Origin: Candidatus Bathyarchaeia archaeon
GTDB taxonomy: Archaea > Thermoproteota > Bathyarchaeia > Bathyarchaeales > Bathycorpusculaceae
Assembly (NCBI GenBank): GCA_049512935.1
Contig: JBEKWR010000017.1
Location: 1 to 41,092 of the forward strand
Direction: 5' to 3'
Length of the DNA: 41,092 bases
The first letter of the stretch is position 1. Each line of letters opens with the position of its first letter. Positions 17,056-25,948 of the stretch are shown here, piece by piece. Made by a program: the position numbers and the translations under genes. Below the pieces are notes generated by a model. It worked only from the letters and a program-made list of their open reading frames with translations. It made no database searches and was not told the origin of the DNA.

Positions 17056-17111
17056 GATGAGATAATTCTGACTATTAGCTTTTTTGAGCTTACTTGCTGG
17101 CAGCTTTTTGT

Positions 17112-17474
17112 TTACTCTAAGTTAGAAAAAACCTCTTGCGATATCAGAAAAAGTGTATGTCTCAACGATTTAGATTCTTGAACTGAATCAATTATAGTTT
17201 CTCCTTTGGGGGTCAACATGCAAACTCTTTTTCGTCCAGACGCACTGATTTTAACAAGTCCCAACCGTTCCAGTGCATAGAGGTTCGAATACAGCGTGCC
17301 CGGGCCAACACAGAGATTGAGTTCTTTATTCAACTTTACAAGCAGACCGTAACCACTCAACTGCTCTTTTTTCAACCGAGACAGTATTATGCCTCTAAGA
17401 TAGGCTGCTACAAGTCTGTTATGCGCTCTTTTAAGAGCCTGTTCCTCCTCTTTTCGACTCCCTAAAGACTGCAT
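17112..17474 (-). CDS. PadR-family transcriptional regulator (paralogue 2)
   Basis: SGYGLL...GPGTLYSNLYALERLGLV. Confidence 0.9.
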   Translation of the reverse strand: MQSLGSRKEEEQALKRAHNRLVAAYLRGIILSRLKKEQLSGYGLLVKLNKELNLCVGPGTLYSNLYALERLGLVKISASGRKRVCMLTPKGETIIDSVQESKSLRHTLFLISQEVFSNLE

Positions 17475-17526
17475 TGTTCACCCTCAACTCTCAAAATTAA
17501 TTACTGCATATAATGTATAAAAGATA

Positions 17527-17550
17527 ATTTCCTGTTCGGAATACGACTAA
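17527..17550 (-). promoter_or_regulatory. conserved box upstream of padR2
   Basis: ATTTCC-N5-GGAATA-CGACTAA; GGAATA 64 nt from the start codon. Confidence 0.65.
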
Positions 17551-17684
17551 AAATGCAACATTTCAAATACTGACCATAGTTGTAAATTAGGCAATCATCG
17601 TACTGCCATTTCCTTTACTGATAAACGTAGTTTGCATTTTTCAACGCCATCTTAAAACGGCGATGAATGCTTACGCGGTAGTTT

Positions 17685-18086
17685 CTAAAGGATGCTAGAA
17701 CATGCCTTTATGAGGATGAACTTGTAGGTATCTTGAGCAAAAAATTCTTTGTTCATTAAGAGCAGAAAATCTTTTAGTTGCTTGGAATTTAAAATTACAT
17801 CAATTGCGTTTTTTCCGTCTTCCGTTAACTGGTATACTCTTTTTCTTTCATCCGATAAGCATTCAATAAACCCTTGCCTCTCCAAGTAGTAGAGCGTGGA
17901 GTACATTGTGCCTGGGCTAATAAGGACGTTAAGCTTCTTGCTAAGTATTTTGAGCAGATCATAACCACTTGACTGATTATTTTTTAATTGGCAAAGTATT
18001 ATTCCATCAAGATAGGCTGTGACGATTTGATTTTTTGCAATTTTAAGAACCCGGTCTTCAAAATGTTGCTTTTCCTGCGCCAACAT
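17685..18086 (-). CDS. PadR-family transcriptional regulator (paralogue 3)
   Basis: SGYDLL...SPGTMYSTLYYLERQG...RKRVYQLTEDG; ATG 18086 (MLAQEK) aligns with paralogue starts. Confidence 0.9.
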   Translation of the reverse strand: MLAQEKQHFEDRVLKIAKNQIVTAYLDGIILCQLKNNQSSGYDLLKILSKKLNVLISPGTMYSTLYYLERQGFIECLSDERKRVYQLTEDGKNAIDVILNSKQLKDFLLLMNKEFFAQDTYKFILIKACSSIL

Positions 18087-18102
18087 ATTTAGCCAATTCA
18101 AT

Positions 18103-18146
18103 TGTAAAAAATTTAAAATTATGTGATTGTATAGGCACAGTCACAA
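18103..18146 (-). promoter_or_regulatory. 44-bp palindrome + TATA module, copy 1
   Basis: TGTAAAAAATTTAAAATTA-TGTGATTGT-ATAGGC-ACAGTCACA-A; 43/44 identical to 23772-23815. Confidence 0.85.
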
Positions 18147-18301
18147 CTTGGCGCAAGGATTCGTATTTTACATTATGCGCGGACTCTGGGCGGTTAAACT
18201 ATTAGGTAGTTTTCGGTTCAACCTTTCTTATTCATATACCCGGCATTATTCTGGATAAACGCCGATTATAAAAAAGTGACGGACCACCATATTTCTGGCG
18301 C

Positions 18302-21109
18302 TCAATGTTTCAGCTGTTTCGTAACCGTTTCTTCAGCAGTGTTTACAGCTTCCTTGAGTTTCTCAGGTTTTGTTCCGCCGCCTTGAGCAAAGTTTGGTCT
18401 GCCGCCTCCTCCGCCGCCGAAAATCGGCGCTGCCTCCTTGACCACGTTGCCTGCGTTGACGCCCTTCTGAACCGCGACATCGCCAGCCATGACCATGAGC
18501 CTGCAGGTTTTCCCGTCTGACCCGTAGAATAGCGTTACGGCTGCTGGGTTGTGTTTTATCGTTTCCGTGGCGGTTTGAACCATGCGGTTTACGTCGATGA
18601 CATCGCCGAAATCCCGTTTGACAATGGCTACCCCGTCCGCTTCAACAGTTGCTTCAACTGCCTGCGCCTGCCCAGCAGCGCCCTCCTTCGCAGCCAACTC
18701 CTTGATTAGCCTGCGCTTCTCAACGTTGGCTTCCTTTAGGTCTTTAACGATTTTCTCCGCGGTCTTGTCAAGCTTGTCCACGGGTGCTGTCAGCACTTCT
18801 GAAACCTTCCAAAGCATGCTTTCCTGTTTCTGCACGGCTTTCACTGCTTCCAACCCGACTGCGTAGCCAAGCCGTTCAACCCCGTCCTGCACTCGTTCGG
18901 TGTAGACGATTTTTACGTAGCCGACTTCAAGTGTGCTTTTTAGGTGGGTTCCAGCGCAGGCTTCTACGTCCCAGTCGCCTGTTTTGACGACGCGGATGTC
19001 TTTGCCTGGGACCGCGCCGCCCTGATAGAGCCTGAACCCGTATTTGGATTCTGCCTCGTTGCGCGGGTACCAAGTTGTTGTGACAGTCATGTTGGCTTCA
19101 ATCGCCTGGTTTGCAAGCTGCTCAATTTTATGGACTTCTTCTTGGGTTAGTCTGCGGTAGTGTGTGATGTCGAGGCGTGAAGTTTCCAAGCCCTTCTGGG
19201 TTCCTGATTGCCAAACATGCTCGCCCAAAACCCGCCTTGCCGCCCCGTTAACGAGATGCGTAACCGTGTGAGCCTTCATCAAGGAGTAGCGTCGCTCCCA
19301 GTTGAGTGTGCCGTGCACCGTACTGCCTTCCTTGAATGTTGACGCCGAGCCGAGTTTGTGCACGATGACTTTGCCGATTTTCTGGGTGTCAACCACATCG
19401 TATCTTGCGTCGCCAGCGGTTAGCCACCCATGGTCTGCTGGTTGACCGCCGCCTTCAGGATAAAAGCACGTGCGATCCAGCACAACATAGACGCCGTTGA
19501 TTATCTTTAGGACTTTTGCGTCGAACTCGCGCATGTAAACGTCTGCATAGTAGAGGGGTTCCGTTGCGGGCAGCTGCTCGGTTTCTTTTATGAGGTTTTT
19601 TTCCGCTTGGGTTTCTTCCTCTTCCGCTGGCTTAGACGCCTGCATGTGGCGTTTAGCGATCAACGCGTAAAAATTTTCTGGAACCTCAACTAGCACGCCC
19701 TCTTTTTCAGCCGCTTGCTTCACGATTTCAGGCGGAAGCCCATGCGAGTCATAAAGCTCGGTGAGTGTTTCATCTGATATTTTGACTGCACCTTCTGCTT
19801 TGAGTTCGCCTGCTATTCGTTTAACCATGCCTTCGCCGCGTTGGAGGGTATCCTCGAACTTTTCCGTTTCTACCTTGAGCATTTCGATGATTTCGTTCTG
19901 CATTTCTTTTATGTGGGGGAAATCTTTCGACCAGAGGTCAACCTGCATGTCCACGATGTCGTAGAGTTTAGCGGGTTCAATGTTTAATGTTCGCAGCAAA
20001 CGGTAAACTCGTCGGAACAAGAGCCGCGCCAAGTAGCCTTCTTGAATGTTGGATGGGACAACGCCTTCGCTCAGTATGAAACTCAAGGTTTTGGTGTGGT
20101 CCGTGATTGCCCAAGCGTTCTCAATGGGCACAAGCACCGTCTCCAGCGTTTTCAGGTCGATGCCTGAAAGCTCAGCCACGCGCCTTCTGGTAACCATCCT
20201 GTTCGCGGTTTTGTCAACGCTTACAAGCCCCGAATACTTCGCGATTTGAGCCAAAAAGTCGTTGTCAACGTTGGTTAAGCCCGCCATCGCGTAAATTTTG
20301 CCAAGCATTTTGCCGTAGATCGCCTCAAAAGCGCTCGGCACTCCCTGACTGATCCAAGCGAAACGGTCAATCCCGTATCCCGTGTCCACCGTTCGGATGG
20401 GCAACTGTACGAAGTCGTCGCCGACAACCTTGTACTGCATGAAAACCAGCGTGCCAACCTCCAAGCCGCGGACTATGCATTCCACGTCTGGACCTGCGTT
20501 GCCTCCGCCGACCCAAACGCCCTCCTTGTAGATGACTTCTTCGGATTTTATGCCAAGAGCCTCGGTTGCGAAACGGTGATGGAACCGCACGGTTTCGTCT
20601 TTCCAATAGACCTCCTTGTCGGGGTAGTTGAAGGCGTGGGCTCCGCCCATCTCGAAGATGGTCAGGTGCCTGCCAAACGTCGGCCCCGTATTGGAAATGT
20701 CTGTGAGCCTGATGGACGGCTGGGAAATCACCAGCGGATTAGCTGGCGGCGGCGCTATGCCCTCAGTCACGTAAGGTTGAAAATCGATTATGCTTGCGTG
20801 CGTCAGGTAAATGTCTTTGCGCCAGCGGGCAACCACAGGGTAAGGCTTAATGCGAGTATGCCCATTCTTCTCGAAGAAGCTGAGAAACGCCTCCCGCATC
20901 TGGGGCAGCGTGAAGCTTTTTTTGGTGGCGGGGTTGTTGATGAAAGTGTAGAAGCCGCATTCGTCTGAGCTGGATTCACCGCAGGTTTCCTGCTCCTTGT
21001 TCTGGGTCCAGTACCACTCGCCGCATTTTGGGCAGTGCTTCCTCACGAAGCCTTCCTGCTTGAAGAATGGAAGGGCATAGGCTTCCGCCGGGAACGTTTT
21101 TTCAACCAT
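18302..21109 (-). CDS. alaS: alanine--tRNA ligase (archaeal type)
   Basis: N-terminal Zn motif CPKCG, YPVVARWR, VDTGYGIDR, editing HTVTH and CAGTH, C-Ala GGGGG. Confidence 0.97.
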   Translation of the reverse strand: MVEKTFPAEAYALPFFKQEGFVRKHCPKCGEWYWTQNKEQETCGESSSDECGFYTFINNPATKKSFTLPQMREAFLSFFEKNGHTRIKPYPVVARWRKDIYLTHASIIDFQPYVTEGIAPPPANPLVISQPSIRLTDISNTGPTFGRHLTIFEMGGAHAFNYPDKEVYWKDETVRFHHRFATEALGIKSEEVIYKEGVWVGGGNAGPDVECIVRGLEVGTLVFMQYKVVGDDFVQLPIRTVDTGYGIDRFAWISQGVPSAFEAIYGKMLGKIYAMAGLTNVDNDFLAQIAKYSGLVSVDKTANRMVTRRRVAELSGIDLKTLETVLVPIENAWAITDHTKTLSFILSEGVVPSNIQEGYLARLLFRRVYRLLRTLNIEPAKLYDIVDMQVDLWSKDFPHIKEMQNEIIEMLKVETEKFEDTLQRGEGMVKRIAGELKAEGAVKISDETLTELYDSHGLPPEIVKQAAEKEGVLVEVPENFYALIAKRHMQASKPAEEEETQAEKNLIKETEQLPATEPLYYADVYMREFDAKVLKIINGVYVVLDRTCFYPEGGGQPADHGWLTAGDARYDVVDTQKIGKVIVHKLGSASTFKEGSTVHGTLNWERRYSLMKAHTVTHLVNGAARRVLGEHVWQSGTQKGLETSRLDITHYRRLTQEEVHKIEQLANQAIEANMTVTTTWYPRNEAESKYGFRLYQGGAVPGKDIRVVKTGDWDVEACAGTHLKSTLEVGYVKIVYTERVQDGVERLGYAVGLEAVKAVQKQESMLWKVSEVLTAPVDKLDKTAEKIVKDLKEANVEKRRLIKELAAKEGAAGQAQAVEATVEADGVAIVKRDFGDVIDVNRMVQTATETIKHNPAAVTLFYGSDGKTCRLMVMAGDVAVQKGVNAGNVVKEAAPIFGGGGGGRPNFAQGGGTKPEKLKEAVNTAEETVTKQLKH

Positions 21110-21219
21110 ACACGTCTGCCTCTTTTCTTAACTGTTAGCTTGTTATGGCAGAGGGTTATGGGCTTCACTGATTTAAAGGATTTCAAAGGAGTAAGCCTGT
21201 TGAGGAAGGTAAAATCGGG

Positions 21220-21720
21220 CTAAAATAGTGGTCCATGGGGGATTATGTCGCCTGTTTGAGCATCAACGTAGTAGAGCCCGGGTGGCGGAATAAAAAAACC
21301 TTGACTGCGGTTTACTGTTATGTCCCAAATGTACCTGTAGGTCGTTGTGCTGTTGGCTTGGACGTCGGCGTACGACTGCGGCGGCTGCGTTACCTTGTTG
21401 ATGATTTGGAAACCCGTTGAGTCGCTGGAGTTTGTGAACTGCATGTATTCGAGTGAAACCGTGACAGTCATGTTCTGCAGGGAAGTGGCATTCCAGCCAT
21501 CGCTTTCCAACGCTATCTTGAGCGCGTGGTACATCGTTATTGGCGGCGAAAAATCGTAGCTGGGAGCAGTGACCAGGACGTTTGCAAACTCGTTTCTGAA
21601 CGCCACCTCGTCGCTGCTCGGCGCGGCATTTTGGTATTGGGCATATAGGTAAACGTTTAAGGCAACTGAGCAGGCGAGAATAATCTCAAGTGCAACAGTG
21701 AAGTACTGGGTCCTATCCAT
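21220..21720 (-). CDS. membrane-anchored hypothetical protein with PepSY-like C-terminus
   Basis: N-terminal TM; ITMYHALKIA and YYVDAQTGDII; start MDRTQY likely. Confidence 0.75.
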   Translation of the reverse strand: MDRTQYFTVALEIILACSVALNVYLYAQYQNAAPSSDEVAFRNEFANVLVTAPSYDFSPPITMYHALKIALESDGWNATSLQNMTVTVSLEYMQFTNSSDSTGFQIINKVTQPPQSYADVQANSTTTYRYIWDITVNRSQGFFIPPPGLYYVDAQTGDIIPHGPLF

Positions 21721-21788
21721 GTTAGTCTTCTCCGCGCCTAAATCCAAAGCAACGTGCATATTAAATGCTAATGTTTAGAACACCAACC

Positions 21789-23141
21789 TCAGGGTTCATG
21801 CCAGCCGCTGATTAACGGCATCCGAGGAGCCCTATGCTTTTCCTGTCCAAAGCGTCGTGGGGGCTTAGTGAGGTGCCTCTGAGACCGCGTGGAAGTCACA
21901 TACAGCCCAACCTTCAGAGACCGAGGCGCTATCAATTCGATTTTCTTCAAGCCAGCGAATTTGCCGCCGCATTTTTCGCAGCGGAATCCTTGGTTTCTGC
22001 CCATGGACTTTAGCCGTTTGCCGCAATTTGGGCAAAGCGGGTTCTCCGTCAGTTTTTTCTCGGCGAGGCTTAGAAGGTTGATTTTTTCAAGGTTGATTGT
22101 CAACGGCTTGGTCTTAGTAGCTTTGCGTGCAGCTCCGTAGACTTCGACGGCGTCGCCAACAATGAGTTCTCGGGCGATCTTGCGGAGGTCGCCCGTGGGC
22201 TCGTAGGCGGCGCAGTCCACTTCCGCCGAATCATCACGCAATGCAAAGATAACGTGGCGCAGGGGAACTATTCTCGGGTTTTGGGAAACGATACCTTTGG
22301 CGATGACTGAGCTGTACGGCTGGATGGCGTTTAACGCGGGAACACGCTGCAGGTGGGCATCTGTTCCCTGGTTTGAGCGGAAGATAACCCAGCGCCCCAC
22401 GGGTTCAAGCGGCTTGACCAGCCCGTAAGCCTTCTTCACCACTTCGGGCGTTTCCCCCCTGATTCCGAAGAGGATCGGGTCTGGACCCCGAGGGGTGATG
22501 ATGACTCTACGCTTCTCTGCGTCCACGTTGTTAAAAGTGTAGGGCGCCAGTTGCTTGTCCATCGCGAAGATCGACGCCACATCCACCTGCCGCTTTGAAC
22601 CCCAGTTCTGCCTAGCTCTATAAGCAATCAACTCGTAAGTGTGGTCGCAGTTGAGGGTTTCACCTACGGCTGCCAAGGCGCCGATGATTCCCCTGCAAGA
22701 GTTAAACCCACATGCTTCACCCCCAAACTTCTTGATGAGCGACAAAGCTTCCTTGAGCGTCACGATACTTGTTTCAGCTCTCTTCGAAAAAGCCGTGAAT
22801 TCCTCGGGGATTTCTTGTCTGCTAAAAAACACGATGCCTGGGTCGGTTCCTTTTTCTTGGAGGGCGGAGTTTTCTTCCCACAGCGTCAACGCAGTTTCTT
22901 TTATTTCCTGCTCAAAAGCTGCTGGGTACTTGAATCTTAGGCATAAGGCGCCGTTGCCTCTTGTCTTCCACGGCACGTTAGGGTTGAGCCTAATCAAGAG
23001 TGGGTAATCTATAAATTGAACTTGGAAAACGGAGAGTTTTTCGACGAGCAACGCGGCTAGGTATGTGGTGCAGCCTCCTTTGGCTGAGTCTGTATCGTCC
23101 AGCCCGACATGCATTACCTGCTGCTTAGTCAACGCCGCCAT
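21789..23141 (-). CDS. tiaS: tRNA(Ile2) agmatidine synthetase
   Basis: GLDDTDS..GGCTT, LIRLNPNVPWKTRGNG, PDPILFGIRG, SNQGTD, YEPT, C-terminal CPNCG..CEKCG. Confidence 0.95.
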   Translation of the reverse strand: MAALTKQQVMHVGLDDTDSAKGGCTTYLAALLVEKLSVFQVQFIDYPLLIRLNPNVPWKTRGNGALCLRFKYPAAFEQEIKETALTLWEENSALQEKGTDPGIVFFSRQEIPEEFTAFSKRAETSIVTLKEALSLIKKFGGEACGFNSCRGIIGALAAVGETLNCDHTYELIAYRARQNWGSKRQVDVASIFAMDKQLAPYTFNNVDAEKRRVIITPRGPDPILFGIRGETPEVVKKAYGLVKPLEPVGRWVIFRSNQGTDAHLQRVPALNAIQPYSSVIAKGIVSQNPRIVPLRHVIFALRDDSAEVDCAAYEPTGDLRKIARELIVGDAVEVYGAARKATKTKPLTINLEKINLLSLAEKKLTENPLCPNCGKRLKSMGRNQGFRCEKCGGKFAGLKKIELIAPRSLKVGLYVTSTRSQRHLTKPPRRFGQEKHRAPRMPLISGWHEP

Positions 23142-23218
23142 TCTTCAAAGCCGAACTAAGAATGAACAGTAAGGGTAAAAAAACGTTGTTAACAATGAGA
23201 AAAAAAGCAGGGTTTAGG

Positions 23219-23518
23219 CTAAATGACCAGCGCGTTCTCCATTTGGCTCTGTTCGAAAAACACTTGTTGCTCCGTTGTGGGCTGCGGCTTCTCCGTTACT
23301 ATCATGGTTAGTTTAGAGTTTATTCTGCCGATTTTGCCTATTCTCTTAGTTATGATAAACTTTAGTTTCTCCACTGTCTCAGCTTGCACGTTTGCAATTA
23401 TGTCGTACACTCCCCAGAGGTTATGAGCATCTTCGACGCCGTCAATTTTTTTCAGCGCCCCCAAAACTTGTTTTTCTGCTCCTATCTCGGTGTTTAAGAG
23501 TATGAATGCTGTTGGCAT
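23219..23518 (-). CDS. stand-alone Lrp/AsnC ligand-binding (RAM) domain protein 1
   Basis: MPTAFILLNTEIG...WGVYDIIA; no HTH; extra C-terminal tail. Confidence 0.9.
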   Translation of the reverse strand: MPTAFILLNTEIGAEKQVLGALKKIDGVEDAHNLWGVYDIIANVQAETVEKLKFIITKRIGKIGRINSKLTMIVTEKPQPTTEQQVFFEQSQMENALVI

Positions 23519-23526
23519 TTTTCTTT

Positions 23527-23636
23527 TTACACTCCTTTCATTTTCAAAGGGGTTGGCTTCAGAGATTTGGGAGCTCTTTCATGTTCAAGGGGAACGAAAA
23601 AGAGTGTAACATGTATCCAAATCTCTTTATCCAACC
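23527..23636 (-). ncRNA. candidate structured cis-regulatory 5' leader
   Basis: Nested stems GGUUGG/CCAACC, AGAGAUUUGG/CCAAAUCUCU and CAUGUU/AACAUG; UUACACUCUUUU is complementary to the RBS region AAAGGAGUGUAA. Confidence 0.5.
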
Positions 23637-23771
23637 AATAAAAAATCTTATGCATCTGCCATGGGAGGCTTTCGCTACGGGTCTATTGCTACTTCTTGCC
23701 GCGTTACAGATTTCGTGATTTTTCAAGCTCTTGCCGCTCCCTTCTGCAAACGCATGGATGGTTATTTCTCG

Positions 23772-23815
23772 TGTAAAAAATTTAAAATTATGTGACTGTA
23801 TAGGCACAGTCACAA
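23772..23815 (-). promoter_or_regulatory. 44-bp palindrome + TATA module, copy 2
   Basis: Perfect TGTGACTGT-N6-ACAGTCACA at 23791-814, followed on the - strand by TAATTTTAAATTTTTTACA. Confidence 0.85.
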
Positions 23816-23861
23816 GCTAGCGTTAACTTGACAGAGGATTAGCTTCGCCCTATTGGGTTTC

Positions 23862-23972
23862 TTACTCTAAACTGCACTTAGCATAATGCTCTCTTGCGTG
23901 TGCATCCAGGTCTTTTCCTTTTTGGAAGCCTGTTCCGCACCAAGGGCACTTGTATTCTGCTTTCATGTTCAT
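23862..23972 (-). CDS. 36-aa C2H2 zinc-finger microprotein (not in ORF track)
   Basis: MNMKAEYKCPWCGTGFQKGKDLDAHAREHYAKCSLE*; exact Y-x-C-x2-C-x3-F-x5-L-x2-H-x3-H. Confidence 0.85.
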   Translation of the reverse strand: MNMKAEYKCPWCGTGFQKGKDLDAHAREHYAKCSLE

Positions 23973-24076
23973 CCACTTTAAATAAATTTTACAATCGTGA
24001 TTTAAGCCTGTGTGCATGCGTAAAGTGACAGAAAAAGCAAATTACTTTAGATTAAGAGAAGGAGCTAAAATTCAGG

Positions 24077-24313
24077 TTATTTTTCTTCAACTACGATCAT
24101 TGTTAGTGTTGACCGCACTTTGTCCAACCTGCGAATGCGCCACGTAACCAGTTCTTTCAGCTTGTCCATGGTGTCAGCTTTGACGCGTGCGACAATGTCG
24201 TAAACTCCGTAAACGGCAGATGCTTCCTCTATACCTTCGACTTTCTTTAGCTCTTTCAAAACGTCTGATTCTGAACCGATCTCAGTGTTTATCAGTACAA
24301 AGGCTGTTGGCAT
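24077..24313 (-). CDS. stand-alone Lrp/AsnC ligand-binding domain protein 2
   Basis: MPTAFVLINTEIGSE...YGVYDIVARV...VRSTLTMIV. Confidence 0.92.
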   Translation of the reverse strand: MPTAFVLINTEIGSESDVLKELKKVEGIEEASAVYGVYDIVARVKADTMDKLKELVTWRIRRLDKVRSTLTMIVVEEK

Positions 24314-24438
24314 ATCAATCCTTCCTACAATAACTGATTAGCTTAGGGTGCGTTAAAAAGTTTCCTAGCAGCCAGTCAAGCTGGCGCTTGCAAAGCCATG
24401 TTTACCCAGAAAACATCCAGTGAAAGCGAAGGGCCCGT

Positions 24439-25467
24439 TTACCTTTTACGCATGATTTTTATGCCTGCCCACTGCAGCGCGGCGTAAGAGACAACGAGGC
24501 GGAACCAAAGGCTCACCACCCTCGTCAGCAGAGTAACTGAAACGCTTAGCGCGGCGGGGATTCCGAGAGCCGTGAATGAAACGCTCATGATTAATTCGGG
24601 AAAGCCGAAGAAGGTTACGCCGACCGTTTGAAGCGTCCCTGTTAGGGTGAACACTATAAGCACTTTGTCCACGGGCACTGGGTAACCTAAAGCGATGAAA
24701 GTGATGAAGGTGACTGAAACTTCGAAAACAAAACTTGCCACGGAATAAATAATGGGCTTAACCAATTCCTTCGGGGTATCCCTCAATTGCTGTATCCCAA
24801 CGTGAAACGTGCCTAAAAGCCGCTCCGATTTAACACGAAAACTCTGCGGGTTCCATTTTTTTCGGAAAAAGCAAATTATCTTTATCGCCCAGCCGAGCAA
24901 AGTTTTAGTTGCCGACGGCTTAATGCTTATGTAGTAAACCAGAACCAACGTTAAAATCGACAAACCCAAAACAAGCGAAATCAAAAAAGTCACAACAAAC
25001 GGCAAAGAATAACTGATCAGCACCAATCCTAAACCGAGCGCCATGGCAACCACGGTTATTGTCATGTTAAAAATTTTCTGTCCAACAACGGAAGCGCCTG
25101 TTTTCCCAGCGTCCGCGCTTGAATCTTTAGTTAACATGTAAGTTTTTGAAACTTCTCCTGACCAGCCAAGCTGCGGAACTGTGGCTTCAAAGAAGAGGCC
25201 TACCCACGTGAAAAGCAACGCTTTGCGGGCGCTTATCTTCACGGAAAGGCTGCTTAGCAGGTTGCGCCAGACGAATGATGAAAAGAGAGCGTACAAGGAA
25301 TAAGCTGCAAAGGCGCCTGCGTAGTAAGCCAGGTTTGTCTTTGAAAGTATGTCGACGACTTGTGCGGGGTTGATGAATAAGACAAAGTAGAGAACAAAGG
25401 CTGCTAAACCCAAAACCAGAACTGCAAGGATCACTTTATGACTCAGCGGTCTTCCAACGGTGTCCAT
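24439..25467 (-). CDS. flippase-like membrane protein (lysylphosphatidylglycerol synthase TM / UPF0104 family)
   Basis: Polytopic; GLFFEATVP..SGEVSK and VTLLTRVVSLW. Confidence 0.8.
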   Translation of the reverse strand: MDTVGRPLSHKVILAVLVLGLAAFVLYFVLFINPAQVVDILSKTNLAYYAGAFAAYSLYALFSSFVWRNLLSSLSVKISARKALLFTWVGLFFEATVPQLGWSGEVSKTYMLTKDSSADAGKTGASVVGQKIFNMTITVVAMALGLGLVLISYSLPFVVTFLISLVLGLSILTLVLVYYISIKPSATKTLLGWAIKIICFFRKKWNPQSFRVKSERLLGTFHVGIQQLRDTPKELVKPIIYSVASFVFEVSVTFITFIALGYPVPVDKVLIVFTLTGTLQTVGVTFFGFPELIMSVSFTALGIPAALSVSVTLLTRVVSLWFRLVVSYAALQWAGIKIMRKR

Positions 25468-25667
25468 GTTGAAGCTTCAAGCCTTGCCTAACTTTAGGCG
25501 GCTAAACTATTAAGCAATATGCAAAAGGCGCATGCGAAGGCAAACCCGATTTTAGGACGAAAAGGCAGTGCGGTTACGGAGTTTTTTAGATTTCTGGGTT
25601 CGGTTCGTTAACGGCCACCGAGTTGCTCTTGGTTCAGAAATCATGCGGGGGACGAAAAATCCTTTTT

Positions 25668-25901
25668 TTATTCTTCCATCATTATAAGCGTTAAGGTGGA
25701 TCTGACTTTAAGTATTGTTCTCACTTTTTGGGTTACGGTTTCCCTGAGTTTTTCCATTGTTTCAGAGGTTATTTTGGCGATTATGTCGTACACGCCGTAG
25801 GAGTAGTATGCTTCGTTTACCCCTTCGACTTTCTTGACTTGCTCAAGAACTTCTTCTTCTGAGCCAGACTCAACATTTATCAACACAAAGGCTTTAGGCA
25901 T
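25668..25901 (-). CDS. stand-alone Lrp/AsnC ligand-binding domain protein 3
   Basis: MPKAFVLINVESGSE...YGVYDIIAKI...VRSTLTLIM. Confidence 0.92.
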   Translation of the reverse strand: MPKAFVLINVESGSEEEVLEQVKKVEGVNEAYYSYGVYDIIAKITSETMEKLRETVTQKVRTILKVRSTLTLIMMEE

Positions 25902-25948
25902 TTTCGTCCCCACTCATACTAAGCGCGTTCTTAATTAAAGCATTTCTG

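Noticed and set aside
23559-23813. 84-aa ORF upstream of Lrp-LBD1
   Set aside because: Starts inside the palindrome and crosses the TATA; better explained as promoter plus leader
23791-23814. CRP/FNR box
   Set aside because: TGTGA..TCACA spacing is 14 rather than 6, and the host is archaeal
23905-23930. Programmed frameshift in the C2H2 microprotein
   Set aside because: Recounting the A-runs shows the frame is intact (CAA AAA GGA AAA GAC)
25589-25642. Hairpin GATTTCTG..CAGAAATC downstream of Lrp-LBD3
   Set aside because: Irregular interior, single occurrence; could arise by chance
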